Positions 36,531 to 47,912 of a stretch of 64,000 nt of DNA are shown piece by piece. The translations under genes were made by a program, and so were the position numbers. The notes beneath the pieces are model-generated. The model saw only the letters and a program-made list of their open reading frames with translations, did not search any database and was not told where the DNA came from. Positions within the stretch are counted from its first letter, which is position 1. The number at the start of each line of letters is the position of its first letter. The stretch is from Callorhinchus milii (taxonomy: Eukaryota). The stretch lies in assembly GCF_018977255.1 (NCBI RefSeq), contig NW_024704742.1, positions 91,948,001-92,012,000 of the forward strand, given 5' to 3'.

Positions 36531-38339
36531 TAAATTAGAGACTTGAAGAATGTTGACCAAAGGCATAGTTGTAAAAATATTATATTTTTAGGAGGTCCTG
36601 TGAAGGCACTGGCGAGAGGTAGTAAGGTTAAATGGTTCAGGAAGTGGATTCGAGGACAAGGACTTAATGGCTGATGGCTTGTCCACTGTTATGGAGCTAA
36701 TATTTCACATATGAAGTATCATATCTGAAAAATTAAACTGTATGTCTCTTTCAGGCAGTGTTTGGCCTGCTCTGAATTTCCAGCACTTCTTTTATTTCAG
36801 GTGAAAGGCCATCGACATTGGCGGATGGTTGATGAGTCCCACTGGCTGGAGCTGATTTCTTGATCATCCAAGGTTTGCAAGTGCTTCTTCACTGAACATT
36901 TTACAATAGACCTGGAGTAACCTGATACCATTTTTCAAAGGAATTCTGGCTCCACAGCAATACATCTTAAAAACAAAGTAGCTTTGACATATGCCAGCAG
37001 ACAATGGCACCAAACAAAACAAGCATATCCCTTTCATCCATTTTTACTTCAAACCACAATTGAACAGGTTGAAGTACAATAGTAGCATGCACAGAAATTC
37101 ATTTCATTTCCTGAGATCTAAAACCTAGATGAACTGTTTATCAAGCATTGTTTCCTGAGATCATTTTTTGCAGCATCATGCAAATAAGAAGTATGGCATT
37201 TTTTAAATACATCAAGAACCCAAACCTCAGCAGAATCCAACTCATCTTGCTGTGTTAATAAGACTAAAATTCTCTCCATTTCCAATTCGTGGAATTAAGC
37301 ACTTAATTCAAGGCACTTTTACTGTGTGAGGGATTTATAGCAGGTTACAACATTTTATACTGAGTGGAACTTAGATTTACTTATGACCCATTTTGACAGC
37401 AGAAATTTTTCCTGTCCATTGAATGGCTGACTCCATGGTTTCTCTGCCAACTCCTAACTCTTTTTTTCAGGACATTTATCTTCTGTTCCAGCTTCCCCAC
37501 TATGTATGCATATTCTCTCTTTAATGGGAGTTTTGATCCTCGAATGTTCAGTGCCTTTGGGATGTCCTCCCGAAGTGAAAGGAGCTTTACAAATGTAATT
37601 TTGTTAATGTTGTTTTGTCAAACTAATCTATTGAGTATTTTGCAAGGTGGATATTATAAAAATAGAACTATCTGAATGTAAAAATTGGATCCTAATTCAT
37701 GGAAATTTCTTACTAATTTATAATAGATACAAGGGAACCTCATTAAAGCACATCCTCTGGGTTTGATAACTCACAGGCAATACTAGACGTGAGTTATAAT
37801 ATAATGGCTGATCTGTGTCGTCAGGACACCGCTGATGCCACTTACTTCATGCAAGAAATAACGTCGATGATATATCCTGCTTATAACACACACATGTGCG
37901 AAGCACCGGAAGTGGTGTTAGCAGACACATAACAATCTGGAAGTTGGTCACTGGAAAACCAGTTAGTCAGCCCTGGACACTGACTATCCTTCTGGAGTGA
38001 GGAGGTGGTGGGATTTGGAGATAAGCGAGTTCCCCCTGGAATTCAACTGGCCTAAGGTGATATGTTTGGTAACGGAATGTCAGAATCAAGACCACCCTCT
38101 GTGACGGATTCAGTAGTCCAGTTTGCTGATGACACACAGCCAACCTGGTTCATCAACAGGAATTAGAAAGGCAGATAAATCACTGGGGGTAGGGAGTCAT
38201 CCCACTCAGCTCCTGTTAACCTGCAACCCAAAGTCCTAATAGGTAGGGTGGTCCTAGCTGAACAAGCAGCAGGAAAGCTTGCCTGACAGTAATATCAATG
38301 TCAAGCTATGTGATTTTAGCAGGTTAGACTCCAGCAGTC

Positions 38340-39681
38340 AGTAGTGGGGAATCCTCTAGAGACTATAATCCAGGCCAAAATAAATTTTCACTTAGAAAAA
38401 TATGGGTTAATAAAGGACAGCCAACATGGGTTTGTTAAAGACGAATCATGTCTAACAAATCTGATAAGAGTTTTTTGATGAAGTAACAGAGAAGGTGGAT
38501 GGAGTTGATTTTGTTGATATGAATTTTCAAAAGGCATTTGATAAAGTGCCACATATGAGACTTGTAAGCAAAATAGAAGCCCACGGTATTAAAGGGGCAG
38601 TGGCAGCATAGATACAGAACTGGCTGGGAGACAGAAAGCAGAGAGCAGTGGTGAATGTTTTTTCTGCCTGGAGGGAAGCATGCAGTGGTATCCCCCAAAG
38701 GTCAGTATTGGGACCACTGCTGTTTTTGATCTATATAAATGACCTGGACCTGGGTATAGGGAGTGCAATTTCCAAGTTTTCAGATGATACTAAGCTAGGA
38801 AAAATAGTAAACAGTGAGGAGGATAGTAGCAGACTGCAAGGGGACATTGACAGACTGGTAAAATGGGCAAATGAAGTTTAATGTGAGAAATGCAAAATGC
38901 ATTTTGGGAGGAAGAATGAGGAGAGACAACATAAGCTGGATGGTAGAATATTAAAGGGGTGAAAGAACAGAAAGACCTGGGGGTTCATCTAAGTAAATCT
39001 TTGAAAGTGCAAAGCTGTTAGATAAAGCTATTAAAAAGCATAAAGATACTAGGCTATATAAATAGGGGCATAGAATATAAAAGTCAAGAAGTTATGACAA
39101 ACCTTTATAAAACATTGGTTAGGCCTCAGCTAGAGACTGTCTTCAGTTTTGGGCCCCACACTTTATGAAGGATGTCAAGGCATTGGAGAGGGTGCAAAGG
39201 AGATTTACCAGGATGGTACCAGGAATGAGGGACTTCAGTTATCAGGAGAGGCTGGAGACACTAGGATTATTCTCCTTGGAGTAGAGAAGGTTAAGATGAG
39301 ACTTAATAGAAGTTCTCAAAATTATGAGGGGATTCGATAGAGTGAACAAGGAGAAACTATTTCCACTGGCGGGTGGGTTGGTAACCCGAGGACACCGATT
39401 TAAAATAGTTGTTAAGAGGAACAGAGGGGAGGTGAAGAGAAATTTTTTCACACAGCGAGTTGTTTAGATCTGGGATGCATTGCCTGAAAAGGTGGTGGAA
39501 GCTGATTCGATAACAGCATTTAAGAGCGAAATAGATAATTATTTGAGGAGGACAAATTTGCAGGACTACGGGGAGAGCGCGGGGGAATGAGATTGATTTG
39601 GATAGTTCTTTTCAAAGAGCCGGGACAGATACGGTGGGCCGAATGGCCTCCTTCTGTGCTGTATAATTCTAAGATTCTATG
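38340..39681 (+). mobile_element. CR1 LINE, 5'-truncated, same subfamily as 6333-8765
   Basis: [21 protein letters not shown]...FSDDTKL. The 3' part is a near reverse complement of 6340-7780. Tail ATTCTAAGATTCTATG. Confidence 0.93.
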
Positions 39682-42084
39682 AGTACCTCAATGCGCACTC
39701 TGGAGTCCCCAAGTCTTGGCTCTTGCCAACCTGTGCCTAATACTTTCTGGAATTAGTTAAGCAGGATGTGTGCCTCCAGGGAGACAGTGCACATTCCATC
39801 AATCTATCGCTGGGATTTCCATTTGTAGGTGGGATGCATGGTTTGGATAGTCTTAAGCATGGTGGTGGTGTTGTTGTTGATGGGTTTCCGCATGTGTCAG
39901 ACACCCAGCTAACCAATCAAGCAATTAATCAATCAATCATTTAATGTAATATTAAGGCATCTAACAATAATAATTATTTTTGCCTACTGGCATGTAAAGT
40001 TCTTTTCAAAATCCCTGTGAACACAATTCAGGAGCCATGTTGGTATGTTCTGCTGGTAAGTACCTCAGTGTAAACTCATCCTGGATGATGGGCAATCTAT
40101 TAAACTCATTGTTAAAAATTGTATTATATTTGTCATTGCTCAAAATGAACTTCTTCATGTAACCAACATTCTAAGCCTGATATCAAAAGCTATAGTGGTT
40201 GAGATTTTGTGTGTCACATTTTTATTGCAATATACTGCAGTTTGTACCTATATAATTTCTATGCAGCTTTGTGTCAATTTTCTTCTGTTGGAAGCTTGGT
40301 GTAAACTGATTCAGGAATCCATGCCTTTATACACAGAAAGATAATTAACTGGAGGAATGTGAGGACTTAGCACGTTCCCAAAATGAACTGTTGCCAATAT
40401 CTCCCTGCTGTCAAATCCACTTTTCTTCATTTGTTTCATGACTTGGAACAACAGTGGTGGCAGGACAACCCAAAATTCACACTAATGCTTCTTAAAGTTA
40501 GGTGGATTGCTTTATGATACCGTCCACTGTCTTCATTTGATACCTGCTGAAATTAAATAATAACAAACTTCAAAGGACGCATCCTGCCCCCTGGTTGGTA
40601 ATAGTATTGAATTTATGGAATATTTTGCTACCTATCTGCATTGAAACAAGCTTGCAACATTTTATTTTAAGAGACAAACAACTGGAAGCTTCGCTGATGT
40701 CTGTATTAATGTCTGTAATATATCATGCAGCTTGTTTACATACAATTGAGCGTGGTGTGCTTTGACTAATTTATAAAGAATAAGAAAAAAGAGAGGTTTG
40801 ATATGCTCTACTGCCAAGTGAGTGAAAGTCAGAAACCACTTTAAACAGAAATCTGGGGTGAGGCCTAAGTGGTGCCTTGTTCCTGTGCCAAAACAGGTAG
40901 GGAGTCAGGATCCTAAAGCTTCCCAACTGTTCTAGCTCATATCAATACCGTCACTGTGGCTGCTTTCCAAGGATAGAGCTTCACTTTATAACTTAAAAGA
41001 GCCAAAGGTGTGCATAAGCATGGCAAACTGCGTTACCCATCCATGCAGGAGTAAAGGCATAACAAGTGTGCTTGATCTTCCAAAGACCCTTTTGTAAAAT
41101 GTTCCTCATTTATGGGATGGCTGTTTACTGCAGGGAGGAAGGCAGGCACAGCAGCTGCATAAACTAGAACTGGATGTCAAGATAATTTCTACCAAAGGCC
41201 AGAAGTACAATAGATCTTTGGGAATAGCACCCTCAGAGGGGGGATTGATGCTCATGCCAAACAGCAAACACTTACTATTTGCTCAGCTTGTCTGAATGGC
41301 TTCCTTGTTGCACTTGATCTCTTCTTTTCCACAGACAGAAAGTAACAGATAACGCGTCAGATTAGTGTCACCCGTTTGACAGAAATGTTCCCTACATGTA
41401 AGAGCTGTGAGCAGTGTCTCCAACAAGGAGATTAGGTCCGAAAAACAACGAGTGTAACCTTAGTTAGTAACCCTCTCCCATCTGACAAGTGATGCAATAA
41501 CAAGGTGTAACCAGAGGAGACTTTGATGATTATAGCACTCCTATTGTTCCATTGAATAGTCTAGTAGCTGAATGTCTTGGAGTAGAACCCCAAGGGAATT
41601 CTCTGGGGTCACCAGGAGTCTTATTAGACAAAACAATGATTCACAATTACAGGTATAACAGTCATCAGTTACATACAGTAACCCTTTGAGACAGGAGCAC
41701 TTGGTGGAAGCATTTAATGCACAGATACATCAAACAGGAGTTCACTTTGTATGGGTCCAAAATTCACCATTGTAGGCATTTTATTCTTTATCTAGGCAAC
41801 AGTACACCCATGTTCATCCTGACCCTTTTTTGTCAAAGTTCATGCCTGAACATTTTCTTCACTTGTGAATGAAAAAAACATCAATGAGCAAGAACATCGC
41901 ATTTTCCTAACTCTTTATTGTCTGGAAGTGTGTTCACCTCTGAAGAATATAAATCCAAGGGAATGTAAACAATACTAATATGACAAAAAATGGAAAGACT
42001 CCCAAATATCATTTCCAGCAGTGTTGAACTGAGCATCTATCACCCAGCCCCGGGACTCCTATCAGTGTCTGCATTCACTAGCTT

Positions 42085-42497
42085 CCCATCACAGATACAG
42101 TTCAAGATCCTGGTACTCACCTTCAAAGCCCTCTATGGCCTTGCTCCCCTCCTACTTCTGCGACCTCGTAACCCACGACCATCCTGCTAGCTCCCTCTGC
42201 TCAGCAGGCTCCGGCCTGCTCCACGTCCGCCGCCCCACCATTGGCGGGCGAGCCTTCAGCCACTCTGCCTCCACCATCTGGAACTCGATCCCGCAGTCCC
42301 TCCACCTTACCCCCTCCCTTGCCTCCTTCAAGACCAGTCTCAAGACCCTCCTCTTCAATCGATCACCCTCCCCACCCACTGCCCTCCACTGTCGCCGATC
42401 CCGACCCTCAGCTCGGGTCCAAAACACTGACTATCCAGCGCCTTGGGACATCCTCCCGACATGAAAGGCACTATACAAATGTCATTTTGTTGTTGTT
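42085..42497 (+). mobile_element. L2-clade LINE 3' fragment
   Basis: IQFKILVLTFKAL, GGRAFSHSASTIWN, FKTSLKTLLF; TTG tail. Confidence 0.88.
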
Positions 42498-44429
42498 TGG
42501 ACTTGCAGCTTGATTGCTTTGGCATGACTGCTGGCTTGCACTGGCACCTCCGGCCTGGGCTTCATTCCAATGACAGTGTTGCACTGTGTTTACTGCCCAT
42601 TGTAGAACCAAGCTGACTGACGCACTTTCTGATTCTTATGGAAGCAGTAAAAAAGACTGTTGGGCCATCTTCAATCGGTCAACACATCAGTGTAGTCAAC
42701 AAATGTGCACCAGCCAATTCTGAATGTCTTCTCACAGCCCTTACCAGGCACATATATCCGAACAAGGTTCATTGCAGCTTACCTCCAGCCAACTATTCCA
42801 CTGCCAAGAACGTAATTTGCAACCTTTCGGAAAACTTAGAATGAATGTTACGTACAAGCATTGAGACTCTTCTGCAAGTATTGAAATCAATCACTTCAAC
42901 TATCTGCGGATGAGTGGTGAAGCCATTTTAGTATTATTGTATAATACTAATATGCAATAATATATGGACCAGTTGCCATCCTGAACCTTTATTGAATATT
43001 AGTATAATTATACAATACAAAATGGTTTAGTTGTGTTCCTGGGCCCTGAAAGATTTCACACAACTTAGTAACAGTTGCCATATTACTTTCAACTTGCATT
43101 GATGAAACTGGGGAATGTTCAAATAATAGCAAAAAAAGATTGGAACATGAGGACCAATTTGCAAAGATGTTGATTTTTGTTTGGAAAAAAATAAGATAAA
43201 ATTCAAGCCTGAACAATGCTAAGATATAGATAATATGAGCAAGTTATTTAAGATTGACATATAAGCACATAATTAAATAAAAGAAAATTATACAATATAT
43301 ATTGTTTATTATTATAAAATTAAATAAGCATTAAAAAAAAGAAATTGGACTTTTTCCTTTTAATGGAGTGCTTACATGAATTACTCTGAGCTTAAAACAG
43401 TAAATGTTGCATTAATCAATGGCTTAAAATAAAAGCTGCATGTTTATAATGGTTAGGAGCGTAATTGAAGATTAGAGATCAGTTTGGACAGATGATCTAA
43501 TACTCCCAAGGAACACAATGTACTGTTAGGCCCTGACACAAGATCACACAACTTAACATGAGAAGGGGAGAAAGCTGGTGGTGAAATTGATGTATGCCAT
43601 AATCGGAAAAGTACAAAAAGAAACATCTTCGAATGCTTTTTAATTCAACATGTTCATAAGAATTCAATTGTTATTATTCTTTTGGAAAGGTTTTAGAAAT
43701 TGAGTTACTAATTGGAAAAGCCAAACAGACGTATTTGCCTGATCTATTAAATACCCTCATCTCAAATGGTCAACTTTCAATCCTTTTACTACCTCCTCCA
43801 TAATTTCCTGCCCGATTGTTTTATGAATTATTCAATTCACATCCTCCAGAAAAGTTTTTTGGTCATTGCACCTACTAATTAATCATTCAGTATTATTCAT
43901 GATACATTTGTAGATCACTGTGTCAAATGTTTCAGAACAGAAGTTAAAAAAAAACATTGATTTAGGAGCATTTTCTCAAGATAAGAGTAAATAAACTCCT
44001 CATAGTTGCACTCAAAAGAATTGCAGCTTATCAAGACTTGAAAATCCATTATACACTCTGGGGGGTAACATAACAACTTGCATTTATGTAGTGCCTTTCA
44101 CGCGAATGAACATCTTGAAGCACTTAATGATGACAGGAAGAACCGAGCAGAAGTGGTGGGGATGTTATCTCGGATTGTCACCTTATCCTCAGATTGACGT
44201 GAAAGCTATGGTAGTGAATGTCGTGCTTTGCCACTTTTGAGTCATCAAGACTTCACTCTCTTCCGGTACATTTTGCTAGATGCTGGATTATGGCATTAAA
44301 AAGCAAATGTGTCAACTTACTAATGGTATGTCAATGTGTGTGTGTGGTGTGTGTATATATTATATAGAGAAAGAGGGAAAGAAAGCATTTTAGTACTAGG
44401 AAAAACAATCTCCCAAGAAAGTTACAAAT

Positions 44430-46651
44430 TAAAAAGGAGTCATCACTTTTTATTTATCAAGTCAGCAAACAAAATACCAGGAAGTACAGTATTTACAGGT
44501 CATCCTAGAAACTAAACAGCATCATTTAGAAGCTGCGCTATCAAAATAGAGAGGAAGGCCAATCAATCAATTTTGGTAATGTTTACAGAGTTCATGTCCT
44601 CACCCTTACAGTTGGTTTTAAAATTACAAGAGAGACTTCCAACATATGTCTAACAGTCAACTTCAAAGTATTTCAGATAACAAAAATATTTAAAGGAGCT
44701 TCCTAAGCTACAATGTAGACAAAAGGAGGAACACAATATACATGTAATCTGCAATATCCCTGTCTTTTTCACAGAAACTGCTCTGATTTTGTCCCTGTTT
44801 TCAACATGAAAATAGGTGGTTAATGAACTATTTCAAGAAACAGATATTCTTTGCTGTTCTATGAAAGCGTCATTTGTAAAATACCTTGATCACAATACAA
44901 ATGTATCTGATAACGTGAACGTCTGAATCTGGACTGAAACTCTGAACAAATACTTTTTTAAAAAAAAGTAATTCATTCAGCAAGAGGTTTGACAACCCTT
45001 ATAGTTAAAGAGTACACAAAATGTAAACTTGGCAAACAAAACCGAACATATGGAATTTTTTTTTACTCATAAAAGTAGTCTCACTACAACATTGTATGCA
45101 CACCTGGCCGTGGATGTGCAGGAAAAAACTCTACACAGTTTATGAACAGGTATTACTAATACAGAATGAACATTCAGTAAAGATTAATGCTGAGGTACTG
45201 GAAATTATGATCGCTTTTGCACCAAATTATCCTACATTAACAGTAATCATTGTTAGGAACACTTCTAATCTTCTGTACAAACATCAAGTCTTTTTTAAAA
45301 AACATTTTTTTTTAATTTATTTTTAAAAAATTACCACTTGCATTAGTGCACGGAAACAAAAAAAAATGTTTCTTCAGTACAGTAACATTTGTTCAGTACT
45401 GTACAACACTCAGAAAAGTGGTGGTGCTACAAGTAACCTGGATCTGACAGTTTCAGTAATAAGAGCCCGAAGTGAAGTCCTTTATTCAAGATGCTGACCC
45501 CCTGACCACACACGCCCCCCTCACCCCCCCCACCCGGTAACATTATTACCAGGTATCCATAGTGCTGTTCCTATATTTTTGAGCAAATATAGGAGTTGCT
45601 TATACAGGTGTTGCTTTTACATTCCCAGTAATACTTAACTCATGACAAATACATTTGAGGTTATAACTGGGTGGGTAGATTTGGTGGACGGGCTTCGAGC
45701 AGTTATAACCCACAATATACCCACAAGTCAAACTGACTCTTCAAAATGGCTCTTTCACTTGGGACCGAATCAATTGCGCATCTTGAACTCAACAAGTTAT
45801 AGGATACAATATAGCAGCTTGCAAACAATTCCGTCAGAACATAAAACTCACTGAGTCAGAGGTCGCTTGATCATTCAGCTCCCAGGAACCATTTTATATG
45901 CACCAGCAGACTGGTAGCTGTGTTAAGAGTAACATTTGGGGTATTTTTTTTTATTTGGTTTTCAATGCACTTAGTCAAAGTCTATTTTTTAAAAAAAAAG
46001 CACTATGAAACATTCCTTCAATGAATGCCACAGTCGCTATAATGAAGTAGTGACATCCCCACAAGATCATACTTGTTTCTTGATCATACAAGTTTTTAAA
46101 AAAAGAAAACTCACTGGATAAATGATATTCCACAGTATTTTACACAGTTCACTTGAATACATCAAATGAGGGAGGGGAAAAAACCCAAAAGGCTCCCAAA
46201 GGTGGTTCAGTGGGGAATTGCACCACATGGTATGGTACTAAACTATATTAGACCAGGAAGGTCCCAGGTTCAATCCCTGCTGAGTTAGTTGATGTATAAT
46301 TAGCTTCAATATCTCCAGGCTAGAAAGGGGTGACTATCAGCCAAGGTTTCCCTCTCTTGTTTGTTCTCCAGTGACCCTGTTGAGAGAGACTGAATATTGA
46401 GTGAGAGATAGAATTGGGCCCAGTTGTGATGCTTCCCCCTAATACTCTACCAAAATGCACTGTTTTGGCTCGCTCATGAAGAATGGTCAATGGGGAAAGG
46501 TATTGGAAGGCTGCCTGCATCTGCAGAACTGTACCCGAGCAGGAGTCACTGTGTTCAGGAGATGGTAAAGAATTGGAGGCAAGGGAAGGGAATGGGGAAA
46601 GGAGCAAGGACAGAAAAAACTTTTCACAATCTTCAAGTAAACCAGCACAGC
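44430..46651 (-). other. ZNF462: Probable ZNF462 3' UTR (~2.2 kb)
   Basis: AU-rich and poor in young repeats. AATAAA at 44449-44454 (minus) is followed by a U-rich tract, with further AATAAA near 45315 and 45481-45486 and a Pumilio-type TGTAAATA near 44490. The end point is inferred. Confidence 0.6.
46190..46445 (+). mobile_element. Ancient tRNA-type SINE (resembles LmeSINE1-like elements), antisense within the ZNF462 3' UTR; related copy at ~2170-2345
   Basis: GGTTCAGTGGG...AGACCAGGAAGGTCCCAGGTTCAATCCC...CAGTGACCC shares blocks with 2170-2345. The family name is from recall only. Confidence 0.55.
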
Positions 46652-46874
46652 TCAGTCATCATTTTTGGTCTCAGTGTTTGGATCCTGGGGGTCGTCCTTC
46701 ACTACAGCTGTAATGCTTGAGCTGGCTGCTGGGTCTCTTGGAGAAATTCCAGCCACCAACTTGTCATCAGAATCTGTTTGCTTTACAGTTGCTGGAAGCG
46801 CAAAGCTGTCTTCACTGATATTCTCTGCTGCCTGATTCTTTTCATGGTCTTGATGGCTGTTCTCACTTAACGCC
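46652..46874 (-). CDS. ZNF462: ZNF462 terminal coding exon (M-ALSENSHQD...ETKNDD*)
   Basis: atatag|G completes the split Met codon and gives MAL..., as in ZNF462 (HGMALND). Open to TGA at 46652-46654. Confidence 0.85.
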
Positions 46875-47019
46875 CTATATTTGAAAGCAAACATTTTTGG
46901 CTGTGTGAAACTTTGCAATAAAAAGGTAGATTAAGTGTGAATTGTTTTCGTTCATGCTGAGGTGCGGGGAAACGATTGTTTGCTGAGTATTTTTGTTAGC
47001 TGCATTGAACGCCTCTTAC

Positions 47020-47143
47020 ATGCTGTGCCTCTGGATATGACGCTCCCAGTCAGAGCCATGCGCAAACGTGCGACCACAAAATTCGCAGGGGAACCTCTTC
47101 TCATTGTAAACACGGTTTCCACTCCCTGGACATGTCACAATAC
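47020..47143 (-). CDS. ZNF462: ZNF462 penultimate exon (last finger NEKRFPCEFCGRTFAHGSDWERHIQRH)
   Basis: ttgcag|...AGC AT|gtaaga. 124 nt. Confidence 0.93.
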
Positions 47144-47785
47144 CTGCAAGTAAAAAGGATTTTTTTCTTAACCAAAAATAAACCATCAATACAACAATTT
47201 AGACAAACGGACACTAAATGAGGCATTCTGATCGCCTGGTGGAAACCAAACAAAGAATTTAAATAAATATCTTTTGTTACAATAAAGGAAAACTGAATGT
47301 TCGTGCATACACCAGGCTTCTCAGACACTAGCACAGGTTTCATTCTCAGAGTTGGTAAATGAGAGCTTGCATCAAGGACCATTGATTTACCTTTGATGTA
47401 CTGTACATGACAGCATGAAGCTGGAACACACGTCCCATTGCACTGACAACTTAAAGGTTCTCTCTTGCCAAGCACATCTATTCAGGAGGAGTGAAGAAAT
47501 TGCTGACTGTAATTGAAATGGCATGACTCCCACACGCAACATGGTGGTGGGTACTCTTGAGGATAGCGCTAAATTTCCACCGTTTAACTGCCATACACAA
47601 GCTCATCTGTTGCATTCTGAGACACCCGATAGGATTGCTGTTGGCAGGCAACAAGACATGTTTGGTGTCAAAGTAGTTTCTCTTCACAACTCCTCTCTCG
47701 TGGAACACTGAGAGCATGTTACAAAAAACCTCAGGAGGAGTTGTGGAGCAAAAGCTTCCAACAAATCACTCTGAAAAGTACCAAC

Positions 47786-47912
47786 CTCTTTGTTCAACTA
47801 TATTCCCTTTTTCTTCCTCACGGGATTCCTCTTCACTGCTCGAGAACTCCTTCTCTTTCGAGTCCAACTGGTCCAAGTTGACACGACCGACCAATTCAAA
47901 GTTACGAACCAC
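47786..47912 (-). CDS. ZNF462: ZNF462 coding exon (VVRNFELVGRVNLDQLDSKEKEFSSSEEES...)
   Basis: Long pyrimidine tract then ctcag|...|gttggt. 127 nt, with the RNFELVGRVNLDQL motif. Confidence 0.93.

Noticed and set aside
41380..41720. Possible solo LTR
   Set aside because: I could not establish a second copy, TG...CA termini or a target-site duplication.
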